This document shows positions 38,048-47,229 of a DNA stretch of 64,000 nucleotides, piece after piece. Location: the NCBI GenBank assembly GCA_003220685.1, contig QHTE01000052.1, positions 270,407 through 334,406 on the forward strand, read 5' to 3'. How positions within the stretch are numbered: the first letter of the stretch is position 1; the number at the start of each line of letters is the position of its first letter. Position numbers and translations under genes: made by a program. A model generated the notes under the pieces. It did no database searches. It was not told the DNA's origin and saw only the letters and a program-made list of their open reading frames with translations. Source of the stretch: Candidatus Rokuibacteriota bacterium. Lineage in GTDB: Bacteria; Methylomirabilota; Methylomirabilia; Rokubacteriales; CSP1-6.

Positions 38048-39091
38048 CTACCCTCCTACTTTTGCTACCGGCGCCTTCAGATCGTAGAACCGGAGCGCGT
38101 TCTGTCCGAGGATCTTCGCCTTCACGCGGGGCTCGATGTCTTTGCGTTTCATCAGCTCGTCGACCGTGTGGGGCCACTCGCTGTCCCAGTGCGGGTAGTC
38201 CGAGGCGTAGATGATGTTGTCCTCGCCGACCCAGCCGACCACATACGGGATCGTCTTCTCCTCCGGCTCGCACGAGAAGTACGCGCGACCGCATGTCACA
38301 TACTCGCTCGGCTTGGCCTTGCAGAGCGGCGCGTCCCACGGGCGCTTCTCGAACTCGCCGTCCATATGCTCCATGAAGAACGGCACCCAGCCGGCGCCCG
38401 ACTCCATGAACCCGATGCGCAGCCGCCGGAACTTCTCGAAGAGCCCGCCGTAGACACAGCTGATCACGGAGATCATCTGCTCGGGCGCGTGGGTCCACGT
38501 GTGCACCGCCAGGAAATTGCTGAACCGGTAGGGATCGCCCGTCTCGCTGCCCGAGGCGTGCATGCCCACCGGCACGCCCAGGCGTTCGGCCTCTTCGTAG
38601 ATCGGCCAGAAGAACGGGTCGGCCACGTTCCGCCCGGGGATGAAGGTCGGGAACATCAGCCCGACCAGCCCCAGGCGCGAGACGGCCCGGTCGAGCTCGC
38701 GGGCGGCCTCGGTCGGGTCGAGGTAGGGCACGATCGCCACGCCCTTCAGGCGGTCGGGCACGGCCTTGCACCAGTCGGCCATGAAGTCGTTGTAGGCGCG
38801 GCAGAGTGCCGCCTGGTAGTCCGGCTCGCGGATCTCACCGATCCGTAGCGCGGACGTGGGATAGAGAAACGCGAGGTCGATCCCCTCCTGCCCCAGGTCG
38901 GCCAGCATCTCCTGCGGCGTGTCGGGGTCGCGCCCCATGTCGCCGTTGGGGGCCTGGCGCCGGTCCCACTGGGCGCCCGGGAAGAAGGCGATCCGGCGGC
39001 GGTACTGTTCCGGCAAGTATTTCTGGTAGCACCGGTGCGGAAAGTCCATGACATGGCCGTCGCCGTCGACGATGTAGATGCCGTCGCGCAT
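38048..39091 (-). CDS. Amidohydrolase-2 (ACMSD/metal-dependent hydrolase-decarboxylase) family protein
   Basis: 347 aa. IVDGDGHV start, IYASDYPHWD near the C-terminus. Confidence 0.85.
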   Translation of the reverse strand: MRDGIYIVDGDGHVMDFPHRCYQKYLPEQYRRRIAFFPGAQWDRRQAPNGDMGRDPDTPQEMLADLGQEGIDLAFLYPTSALRIGEIREPDYQAALCRAYNDFMADWCKAVPDRLKGVAIVPYLDPTEAARELDRAVSRLGLVGLMFPTFIPGRNVADPFFWPIYEEAERLGVPVGMHASGSETGDPYRFSNFLAVHTWTHAPEQMISVISCVYGGLFEKFRRLRIGFMESGAGWVPFFMEHMDGEFEKRPWDAPLCKAKPSEYVTCGRAYFSCEPEEKTIPYVVGWVGEDNIIYASDYPHWDSEWPHTVDELMKRKDIEPRVKAKILGQNALRFYDLKAPVAKVGG

Positions 39092-39103
39092 GGGAACCCT
39101 CCT

Positions 39104-39118
39104 TGTGGCCTGGCCACA
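39104..39118. promoter_or_regulatory. Perfect palindrome TGTGGCC-T-GGCCACA upstream of the amidohydrolase/dioxygenase operon (candidate operator)
   Basis: Read directly, 13 nt upstream of the start codon at 39091. The regulator is unknown. Confidence 0.3.
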
Positions 39119-39284
39119 GAATATAGCCTTTCTGGAAATCCGCGGGGAGGGGAGGCGACCAGACTCGTGCCACTGATCCGATAAGAACTGGCTCGCTCCC
39201 CCGGCGCAGCCCCGGGGTCAAGCGACAACCTTGCGATTCTTCGGTCCCGGAATCACGGGCACCGCCCTTGCTTCGTTAGCGTCT

Positions 39285-41453
39285 ATGACCCTGCGCCCTC
39301 GCCCGACCAGAACCGCTGCGCTCGTGAATCGCCTGTGGTCGCTGGTGCCTTCGGGCGGATCGCTTCCGGAGCGCGTATGGCGGGCACGGCATCGCTTCCT
39401 GGTCGGGCTGACGTTTTTCCACGTCGTGATCATCGCGCTGACCGGACCAGTGCTCGGCAAACACTGGGAGCTCTCGTTCCGCGCGCTCCTCGACGACGAC
39501 AGCTCGCTGCACGTCGTGGGCGAGGCGCTCGTGGTGGCGTTGTTCGGCGTCCTCGCGTGCTGGCGGCGAGTGGGCCGCACCGTGCAGGCCACGTTCGTCG
39601 GCTTCGGCCTCATGAGCGCCTCCGCGATCCTCGTGCACCTCTCGGGGGGGTACATCGAGCTCCACTTCCACTTCTTCGTCATGCTCACGTTCCTGGCTCT
39701 CTGTCAGGACTGGATCCCCTACCTCCTGGCCGTCGCCTTCGTCGCGGTCCATCACGGCGTCGTGGGCGTGCTCTGGCCGCAGTCGGTCTACAACCACGAA
39801 GCGGCGTTCAGTGCGCCGTGGACGTGGGCGGGCATCCACGCGCTGTTCGTCCTCTGGTCGTGCGTGGGCAGTGTCGTCGCCTGGCGCTTCAACGAGCGGG
39901 CGTTCGCGCAGACCGCGCTCATCCTCCAGGCGGCCGGCGAAGGCATCTTTGGAGTCGACATCGAGGGGCGGATCACCTTCATCAATCCAGCGGCCGCCAC
40001 GATCCTGGACGTGGACGCGCGGGCAGTCATCGGCAGGAAGCTCGGCCAGGTCGTGCATCACCTCGCCTCCGACGGCGCGCGCCTGCCCGACGAGGACTCG
40101 CCGATCCTGGCGCCCCTCAAGGGCTACAAGGCGCATCACGCGACGGACCAGATCTTCGGGCGGATGGACGGCAGCTACGTGCCGGTCGACTACGTGAGCA
40201 CGCCCATGCTCGAGCGCGAACAGCTGACGGGAGTGGTCGTGAGCTTCAACGACATCACCGCGCGCCATCGCTCCGAAGCCGCGCTGCAGCAGAGCCATCG
40301 GATGCTGGAAGAGACCCTTCGGCAGCTGAAGACGACCCAGCAACAGATGCTCCAGCAGGAGCGGCTGCGCGCGATGGGCCAGATGGCCAGCGGCATCGCC
40401 CACGACTTCAACAACTCGCTCTCCCCGATCGTGGGCTTCGCCGAGCTGCTCATGAAATCGCCCGATCTGCCGCGCGAGACGACGCGGACCTACGCGCAGC
40501 TCATCAACACCGCCGCGCTCGACGCCGCCTCGGTCATCCGTCGCCTGCGCGAGCTCTATCGTGACCGCAGCGAGGGTGTCATCGGCGACCCGGTGGACCT
40601 GCGGCGTTGCATCGACGAAGTGGTGGCCCTCACGCAACCGCGCTGGAAGAATCAGGCGCTCGGACAGGGCATCGCGATCCGGGTCGATACGCGCGTCACC
40701 GACGTGCCGGGCTTTCCGGGGGACGCCGCCGGCATTCGCGAGATGCTGGCCAACCTGATCTTCAACGCGGTCGACGCGATGCCGAAGGGCGGCACGATCA
40801 CGGTGTGCGCGCGCGCGGAGGGCGGCGGGGTGCGCCTCGAGGTCAGCGACACCGGCACCGGCATGTCGGACGAGATCCGGCAACGCTGCCTGGAGCCCTT
40901 CTTCACGACGAAGGGCCAGCACGGCACCGGCCTTGGACTCTCGCTCGTGCACACGACCGTCGAGCGCCACGGCGGGACCTTGAGCATCGAAAGCGCCCCG
41001 GGCCGCGGCAGCACGTTCATCGTGCGGCTTCCCCTTCACGGCGAAGCGGCCACCGCGATCGCCGACGCCGAGTCGTCCGAGCCGTTGCAGCCGCTGCATA
41101 TCCTCCTGGTGGACGACGATCCGCTCGTGCGCACGTCCGTCGTCGCCCAGCTCAATAGCCAGGCGCACAGCGTCGAGACCGCCGCGAACGGGCGCGAAGG
41201 GCTCGACCGCTTCGCGTCGGGCCGCTTCGATCTGGTCGTGACGGACCGCGCGATGCCGGAGATGGGCGGCGACCAGCTCGCGGCCACCATCGAGCGGTCG
41301 GCCTCGAACACACCCGTGATCATGCTCACCGGCTTCGGCGATTTGATGGGCGCCAAGGGCGACCGCCCGCCGGGCGTCGATGCCGTGGTCAGCAAGCCCG
41401 TAACGCTCGACGCCCTCACTCAGGCCATCCTCAAGGTCATTCCGCGCCGCTAG
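39285..41453 (+). CDS. Hybrid sensor histidine kinase (membrane His-rich sensor, PAS, HisKA, HATPase_c, receiver)
   Basis: ATG 39285 (the track ORF starts at TTG 39231). GIAHDFNN H-box, NLIFNAVDA (N box), DTGTGM, GTGLGL, then LLVDDD...DLVVTDRAMPEM receiver. Confidence 0.9.
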   Translation: MTLRPRPTRTAALVNRLWSLVPSGGSLPERVWRARHRFLVGLTFFHVVIIALTGPVLGKHWELSFRALLDDDSSLHVVGEALVVALFGVLACWRRVGRTVQATFVGFGLMSASAILVHLSGGYIELHFHFFVMLTFLALCQDWIPYLLAVAFVAVHHGVVGVLWPQSVYNHEAAFSAPWTWAGIHALFVLWSCVGSVVAWRFNERAFAQTALILQAAGEGIFGVDIEGRITFINPAAATILDVDARAVIGRKLGQVVHHLASDGARLPDEDSPILAPLKGYKAHHATDQIFGRMDGSYVPVDYVSTPMLEREQLTGVVVSFNDITARHRSEAALQQSHRMLEETLRQLKTTQQQMLQQERLRAMGQMASGIAHDFNNSLSPIVGFAELLMKSPDLPRETTRTYAQLINTAALDAASVIRRLRELYRDRSEGVIGDPVDLRRCIDEVVALTQPRWKNQALGQGIAIRVDTRVTDVPGFPGDAAGIREMLANLIFNAVDAMPKGGTITVCARAEGGGVRLEVSDTGTGMSDEIRQRCLEPFFTTKGQHGTGLGLSLVHTTVERHGGTLSIESAPGRGSTFIVRLPLHGEAATAIADAESSEPLQPLHILLVDDDPLVRTSVVAQLNSQAHSVETAANGREGLDRFASGRFDLVVTDRAMPEMGGDQLAATIERSASNTPVIMLTGFGDLMGAKGDRPPGVDAVVSKPVTLDALTQAILKVIPRR

Positions 41454-41511
41454 ACATCCCCCGCCCCGCGGTGGTACACGTCCGGACTATCCGGGACGCG
41501 GAGGGCGCCTC

Positions 41512-42459
41512 ATGATCCTGATCATCGGCGGCATGGGCTTCATCGGCCTAAACACGGCGCTGAGGTTCCTGGAGGTCGGCAAGCGGGTCGTCATCTCCCA
41601 GCACAGCGCGCGCCGCATCCCCGACGTGCTCAAGGGCGAGATCGGCAACCGTGCGATGGTTGCCCAGATGGACGTGACCAACCCCTACGAGGTGTTCGAG
41701 GTGGTCCGCCGCCACCAGGTCGAGTCGATCGTGAACCTGATGGCGCCGCCGGCGCGCAGCCTCTCGACCCAGTCCGACTATCACCTGTACACGGCCGGCC
41801 TGCAGAACGTTCTGGAAGCCGCGCGCACGTTCGGCCTCAGGCGCGTGTCGCTCGGCAGCTCCGTCGCCGTCTACGGCGGGATCCCGGTCGGGCCCTACCG
41901 CGAGGACACGCCGCTGCCGGTGCCGTCACCGACGCAGGTCTCGGCCTTCAAGAAGGGCATGGAGATGCACGCGCACTTCTACGCGGCCCAGACCAAGCTC
42001 GACGTGGTCGCGCTGCGCATCGGCAGCATCTACGGCCCGCTCTACTACAGCATGCACAACCCGATCAGCCGCATGTGCCATGCCGCCGCCCGCAACACGG
42101 AGCCCGACTTCAGCGACCGTACCGGCGGCAAGATCTTCGAGGACGACCAGGCTGACTGGACCTACGTGAAGGACGTCGCCCGCGGCATCCAGCAATTGCA
42201 CACGGCCGAGAAGCTCAGTCACCGGATCTATAACGTGGCCTCGGGCCGCGCCAGCTCGAACCGCGACGCCTTCGAAGCCGTGCGCAAAGCGGTGCCGGGT
42301 GCGAGGTGCTCCGCGCTGAAGCCGGGCAAGACGCCGGGCGCATCCACAAATCCGGCGACCGACCTGGCGCGGGCCGCGGAGGTGGGCTACCGGCCGGAGC
42401 ACTCACTGGAGACCGGGATCGCGGCGTACATCGACTGGCTGCGCGCCAGCCCGCAATAG
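41512..42459 (+). CDS. NAD-dependent epimerase/dehydratase family protein
   Basis: MILIIGGMGFIGLN Rossmann start and extended-SDR length. Confidence 0.8.
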   Translation: MILIIGGMGFIGLNTALRFLEVGKRVVISQHSARRIPDVLKGEIGNRAMVAQMDVTNPYEVFEVVRRHQVESIVNLMAPPARSLSTQSDYHLYTAGLQNVLEAARTFGLRRVSLGSSVAVYGGIPVGPYREDTPLPVPSPTQVSAFKKGMEMHAHFYAAQTKLDVVALRIGSIYGPLYYSMHNPISRMCHAAARNTEPDFSDRTGGKIFEDDQADWTYVKDVARGIQQLHTAEKLSHRIYNVASGRASSNRDAFEAVRKAVPGARCSALKPGKTPGASTNPATDLARAAEVGYRPEHSLETGIAAYIDWLRASPQ

Positions 42460-42486
42460 GCGCGGCTGACGCTGGAGGAGGTTTCC

Positions 42487-43242
42487 ATGGGAAGACTCGA
42501 CGGTAAGGTAGCGCTGATCAGCGGCGGCGCGCGCGGACAAGGCGCCGTCGAGGGCAAGATGTTCGTCCGCGAGGGCGCCGCCGTGGTGCTCGGCGACGTC
42601 CTCGATGACCAGGGCAAGAAGGTCGAGGCCGAGATCAGGGCCAACGGAGGCAAGGCGACCTACGTTCACCTCGACGTCACCCGCGAGGCCGACTGGCGCG
42701 CCGCCGTCGCCACGGCGGTGCAGGCCTACGGCAAGCTGAACGTGCTCGTCAACAACGCCGGCATCCTGTTCCGCTCGAAGATCGAGGAGACGTCGGTCGA
42801 GGACTGGGACCGCATCATGGCCGTCAACGTGAAGGGCGTCTTCCTCGGCACGAAGTACGCGATCCCGGCAATGCGCCAGGCCGGCGGCGGCTCGATCATC
42901 AACATCTCGTCCACGGCGGGTCTGGTCGGCGCGCCCGGCTTCACCGCCGCGTACACCGCCACGAAGGGCGCCGTGCGGCTGTTCACGAAGTCGACGGCCA
43001 TCCAGCACGCGAAGGAAGGCATCCGCTGCAACTCCGTGCATCCCGGGCCGATCGCGACTGACATGATCAAGGACGTGCTCGAGGACAAGGCCCAGTGGGA
43101 GGCGCGGATGCGGCGACTGCCGATGGGCCGCGTCGGGACACCCGAGGATGTCGCATACGGGGTGATCTATCTGGCGTCCGACGAGTCGTCGTTCATGACG
43201 GGTAGCGAGCTGGTCATCGACGGGGGGACCACCGCCGAGTAG
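42487..43242 (+). CDS. Classical SDR family oxidoreductase
   Basis: ALISGGARGQG, NNAG and YTATKGA (YxxxK). Confidence 0.9.
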   Translation: MGRLDGKVALISGGARGQGAVEGKMFVREGAAVVLGDVLDDQGKKVEAEIRANGGKATYVHLDVTREADWRAAVATAVQAYGKLNVLVNNAGILFRSKIEETSVEDWDRIMAVNVKGVFLGTKYAIPAMRQAGGGSIINISSTAGLVGAPGFTAAYTATKGAVRLFTKSTAIQHAKEGIRCNSVHPGPIATDMIKDVLEDKAQWEARMRRLPMGRVGTPEDVAYGVIYLASDESSFMTGSELVIDGGTTAE

Positions 43243-43277
43243 CTTCACTCGGGGCTTCACTCATAAGGAGGACACTC

Positions 43278-43673
43278 ATGGCTCTGACACTCGCTGAAGC
43301 CAATCGCATCCTGCAGGCAGCCATCACCAAGGCCCAGGAGATGAACATCAAGGTGAGCGCGGCGGTCTGCGACGCCGGCGGCCGCCTGGTCGCGTTCAAC
43401 CGGATGGACGGCGCGATCTGGGGCAGCGTCTACGGCTCGCAGGGCAAGGCCATCGCGTCGGTCGCGTTCGGCCGCGCCAGCGGCGAGCTGACCGAGCGCG
43501 CGAGCACGCCGATCATCCAGGGCATCGTCGCGGCCGAGGGCGGACACATGATCCCGAGCATGGGCGCCGTGCCGATCATCAGGAACGGCGTAGTCGAGGG
43601 CGCGTGCGGCGTGGGCGGCGGGACGTCGCAGCAGGACGAGGACGTGGCGAAGGCTGCGGTGGCGAAGCTCTAG
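43278..43673 (+). CDS. GlcG/HbpS-like (DUF336) haem-binding protein
   Basis: 131 aa. VSAAVCDAGGRLVAFNRMDGA and GGVPI-like GAVPIIRNGVVEGACGVGGG. Confidence 0.8.
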   Translation: MALTLAEANRILQAAITKAQEMNIKVSAAVCDAGGRLVAFNRMDGAIWGSVYGSQGKAIASVAFGRASGELTERASTPIIQGIVAAEGGHMIPSMGAVPIIRNGVVEGACGVGGGTSQQDEDVAKAAVAKL

Positions 43674-43682
43674 CGTCCGTCG

Positions 43683-44137
43683 TTGTGCAGCGGCACCTGG
43701 GATTCCCGGGAGGCGGCGGCTAAGTGGCAGAGCGTGGCCGCGACCCGCCGCCAGTTCTTCGCGCCGGCCACGGAGCGGATGCTCGATCTGGCGACCATCC
43801 CCGTCGGCGGGCGCGTGCTGGACGCGGCGACCATGCTGGACCAGGCCGCGATGATCGCCCGGCGCCAAGGTCTGTCGAACGTCGCCGCCCGAGCCGTTCG
43901 GCGAGTTCCGTCTGGCCGGACCCAACGTGATGCGCGACGCGTAGGTCGACGCGGGCTGGCGAAATGTCGTCATCCATGAGGTGTCGACTCGACGCCGGTT
44001 CGACTCGCTGGCCGCGGCGATGGCATACATGAAGGACAGCCCGCGTGGCGAGAGATCGAGCGCGAGCTCGGGAAATTCGTCGGGCCCCAGGGTTACGATT
44101 CTCCGTGCGATCTGCTGATCGGGGTCGGGAGCAAGTA
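43683..44137 (+). pseudogene. Decayed class I SAM-dependent methyltransferase
   Basis: Fragments in three frames: ERMLDLATIPVGGRVLDAAT..., GPNVMRDA*VDAGWRNVVIHEVSTRRRFDSLAAAMAYMKDSP (in-frame TAG), then EIERELGKFVGPQGYDSPCDLLIGVGSK*. The Gly-rich SAM loop and core are missing. Confidence 0.6.
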
Positions 44138-44204
44138 GCGAAGTCTGAGTGCTCGCGTAGATGGGCTGCACCTTATCCGCCTGACTATCTCTGAATTTGC
44201 ACTC

Positions 44205-45758
44205 TTGACAGATGCGGCCACAGCACTTTCCGAGCGGTGCCCACACCATCGGGGAATCGATCGAGCGCTTCCTATCACCACGCAGAGCTGCGATCGATAC
44301 GTCCGTTGCCGAAAACACCGACTGCCGTCGCGATCGCTGCTCGTCGTGCCTCCCAGGACTCGCCAAAACCTGGGTGTAGAGTCGCCCTCGAGAAAGGGAG
44401 ACTCGGCATGCAAACAGTCTCGGTCGAGCAGCTGGGGGACGAGATCGCTGGGCTCTGCGCATCTCGATGCCGCGACCGCACACCTCCTCGATCTGATCCG
44501 CGAGTTCGACGCCCGTGACGGCTGGAACAACGGCTTTCGCTCCTGCGCCGCCTGGCTGACCTGGCGAGTCGGGCTCGATCCGGGCGCCGCGCGCGAGCGC
44601 GTGCGAGTGGCCCGAGCTCTGGGAACGCTGCCGCGGCTAGCGGCAGCCCTCGCGCGGGGTGAGCTCTCCTATTTCAAGGTCCGCGCGCTGAGCCGCGTGG
44701 CCACGCCCGAGACCGAGGAGCGGCTGCTCGCCGTCGGGCGCGCCGGCACCGCCGAGCACGTCGAGAGCATCGTGCGCGGCTGGCGCAGGGTGGACCGCAA
44801 GGCCGAGATGGCCGAGGACCGGAAGCGTCACGTGAGCCGCTGGCTGCAGGTTTATCAAAGCGATGACGGCATGATGACCATCAGAGGGCAGCTGGCACCA
44901 GAGGCCGGCGTGCTGCTTTTGAAGGCCCTGACTGCCGCGCGCGAGACCTTGTACAAACAGACCCGCAGGACATTCGACGATCCTCCGGTGGACGTTTCCG
45001 CGGAAACGCCCGCTATGGATCATCAGCAGGCCGACGCCCTGGCGCTGCTCGCGGAGTCGGCCCTCCACCACGGCATCGATCCCGGCGCTCCCGGCGAGCG
45101 CTATCAGGTGGTCGTCCACGTCGATGCGCTCGTGCTGGCCGACGCCGACGCGGCCGGCCAGTCGGTCCTCGAGGGCGGCACGAACGTTTCCGCGGAAACG
45201 TCCCAGCGGCTGGCGTGCGACGCGAGCCGTGTGATCATGCGACACGATGCCGATGGCCGGGTCGTGGAAGTAGGGGCTCGGACCCGCACGATTCCGTCCG
45301 CGTTGCGGCGGGCGCTGCAGCACCGAGACCACGCGTGCCGCTTTCCGGGCTGCTCGTGTCGGTTCGTGCAAGGCCACCACATCCGCCACTGGGCGCACGG
45401 CGGCCCGACGACGCTCTCGAATCTCGTCTTGCTGTGTCGCCGTCACCATCGCACGGTCCACGAGGAGGGCTATAAGGTCGAACGGGAGCCCTCCGGCGAG
45501 CTACGGTTCCGGCGGCCGGACGGCGAGCCCCTACCCTACGTCCCGGAGACCCGGCCGGTGAGCGACGATCCCGTGAAGCTGTTGCGCGCTCGGCACGATG
45601 CGGGGGGACTTGTCGTGCACGCCCACACCGCCACTCCGAGCTGGCATGGCGAGCGCTTGAACGTCGGCTATGCGATCGACGTGCTGCACCCGCTGGCGAT
45701 CGGAAACGGCATTCCCGTTTGCTTCCGCGAGGACGACCCTCAGCCCGCGAGCCGGTAG
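44205..45758 (+). CDS. DUF222/HNH endonuclease domain protein, probably frameshifted near its N-terminus
   Basis: HNH block HACRFPGC...GHHIRHWAHGGPTTLSNLVLLCRRHHRTVHE and a DUF222-like body. A better N-terminus (SD GGGAG, ATG 44408, MQTVSVEQLGDEIAGLCA) is in another frame. It joins HLDAATAHLLDLIREFD only after a 2-nt correction at about 44458-44462. Confidence 0.75.
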   Translation: MTDAATALSERCPHHRGIDRALPITTQSCDRYVRCRKHRLPSRSLLVVPPRTRQNLGVESPSRKGDSACKQSRSSSWGTRSLGSAHLDAATAHLLDLIREFDARDGWNNGFRSCAAWLTWRVGLDPGAARERVRVARALGTLPRLAAALARGELSYFKVRALSRVATPETEERLLAVGRAGTAEHVESIVRGWRRVDRKAEMAEDRKRHVSRWLQVYQSDDGMMTIRGQLAPEAGVLLLKALTAARETLYKQTRRTFDDPPVDVSAETPAMDHQQADALALLAESALHHGIDPGAPGERYQVVVHVDALVLADADAAGQSVLEGGTNVSAETSQRLACDASRVIMRHDADGRVVEVGARTRTIPSALRRALQHRDHACRFPGCSCRFVQGHHIRHWAHGGPTTLSNLVLLCRRHHRTVHEEGYKVEREPSGELRFRRPDGEPLPYVPETRPVSDDPVKLLRARHDAGGLVVHAHTATPSWHGERLNVGYAIDVLHPLAIGNGIPVCFREDDPQPASR

Positions 45759-46882
45759 AACCTCCGCGCGTTCAGCCCCAGCACCTTCCGGCGGGCTTCC
45801 TCCGGCAGCGGCGCGAGCCGTTGGTGCAGCTCGCGCACGACCCCGAGCGAGGCGTCGATGTGCGGATAGTCCGAAGCCCACACGAAGTAGTCGGCCCCGA
45901 TGTGCTCGACCATCTGCGCCGTGACGGACTCGTCGGGGTCGGCCGAGATCAGGCACTGGCGGCGGAAGTACTCGCTCGGCGGCATCTTGATCGGCGTCTG
46001 GTGAGCGAGGACGCGGTACTTGTGGTCGAGGCGGTCGAGCCAGGCGGCGATCCAGTTCGAGCCCGCCTCGAGCACGACGCAGCGCAGGCGCGGGTAGCGC
46101 TCGAACATGCCCGAGCTGAGCATCTGCGTGAAGGCGGCCATCACGTCGATCGCGAGGAAGACGATGCTGAACAGGCCGTCGGACGGATCGCGCCGCTGCC
46201 ACTGGCGGAACCACTGCCGGTCGCGCACGACCACGTGGAAGCCGACGGGCATTTCGAGCTCCTGCGCCGTTTCCCAGAACCGCGCGAACACGGGATCGTC
46301 GAAGTGCCGCCCGCCGCGCGCGGCGAGATCCGGCGAGAGATAGATGCCGACGCAACCGTCGCGGCGGGCGCGGATCGTCTCCTCGACCGCGCCCTCGGGA
46401 TCGAGCAGCGAGATGTGGGCCACGGGGTAGAGCCGCTTGGGCTCGGCGCGGCAGAACTCCGCCAGCCAGCGGTTGTAGGCGCGCGTGTACGCGGTCGCCA
46501 GGGCGCCGTCGGTGACGTGTCCTTCCCAGCAGATGCCGATGGTCGGGTAGAGCAGGACGGCGTCGATCCCCTCGCCGTCCATGACGCGCAGTCTCGCCAC
46601 GGGATCGTACGAGCCGGGCGGGCTGCCCTCGGCGTAGCTGATCTGGCCCCGGGTCAGGAGCTTGGCCGTGTCCATGTCGATCCCGCCGAGCGCCCCGAGC
46701 TGGCCGCGGAGCGTCTTGAGGGGCTGGCCGTCGATCAGGAGCACCTCGAGGTTCTGTTCGTCTCGGGCGATGCGAATGGCGCGGTCCCTGTATTGGGGAT
46801 CGAGATACTTGCGCCATGTGTCGGCGGGCTCGAGGACGTGGCCGTCGGCGTCGATCACGCTGCGCGTGGGGTCGGTGGTCAT
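45740..46882 (-). CDS. Amidohydrolase-2 family protein
   Basis: 380 aa. VIDADGHVLEP start and WASDYPHID. The 3' end overlaps the convergent HNH gene by 19 nt. Confidence 0.85.
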   Translation of the reverse strand: MTTDPTRSVIDADGHVLEPADTWRKYLDPQYRDRAIRIARDEQNLEVLLIDGQPLKTLRGQLGALGGIDMDTAKLLTRGQISYAEGSPPGSYDPVARLRVMDGEGIDAVLLYPTIGICWEGHVTDGALATAYTRAYNRWLAEFCRAEPKRLYPVAHISLLDPEGAVEETIRARRDGCVGIYLSPDLAARGGRHFDDPVFARFWETAQELEMPVGFHVVVRDRQWFRQWQRRDPSDGLFSIVFLAIDVMAAFTQMLSSGMFERYPRLRCVVLEAGSNWIAAWLDRLDHKYRVLAHQTPIKMPPSEYFRRQCLISADPDESVTAQMVEHIGADYFVWASDYPHIDASLGVVRELHQRLAPLPEEARRKVLGLNARRFYRLAG

Positions 46883-47229
46883 CGGAGCCTCCTCGCTAGG
46901 GTGCGTCGAAGACGGCTATGCGTCGGCGAGCCCGGGCCAATGTCGTGGTGTTGGTTCGCAGGCGTTCCCGACTTTCGAACAACAAGCACAGACCGACTTC
47001 AAGCCGGCGAATGCTCGCCTCGACTAGCGTCAGCGTGCTCGCGATCGGGTTCGAGACGAAATCACGGCGACTTCGCTCGTCCATCCGTATCAGCAGAAAC
47101 CGCAAGCGCGTCGGCTGCATCATCCGTTCCGCCCGGCGGTACTCAAGCTAACACAAAGCGGTGACTTGACGGGACACCTCTCTTCGGCAGATTCTCGGGC
47201 GCATTCAACGGCTCGCACGGGGTGGCACG

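Noticed and set aside
36957-38771. 604-aa ORF suggesting a large fusion protein
   Set aside because: It is a composite. An out-of-frame read-through of the Amidohydro_2 gene feeds into the gentisate-dioxygenase frame, which then runs out of frame after the 26-bp duplication.
41470-41500. Imperfect hairpin CGTCCGG-ACTAT-CCGGGACG after the histidine kinase gene as a terminator
   Set aside because: The stem needs a bulge, there is no T-tract, and the next gene starts about 12 nt downstream with its own GGAGGG. The evidence is insufficient.
44205-45758. Calling the HNH/DUF222 region a mobile element
   Set aside because: No integrase, transposase, terminal inverted repeats or target-site duplications are visible. 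Only the endonuclease-type gene and neighbouring pseudogenes are present.
46896-47123. 75-aa minus-strand ORF in the AT-richer spacer upstream of the MBL gene
   Set aside because: It has no SD, no recognisable motif and atypical composition. It could be a remnant of a lost regulator, but I cannot support that from sequence.
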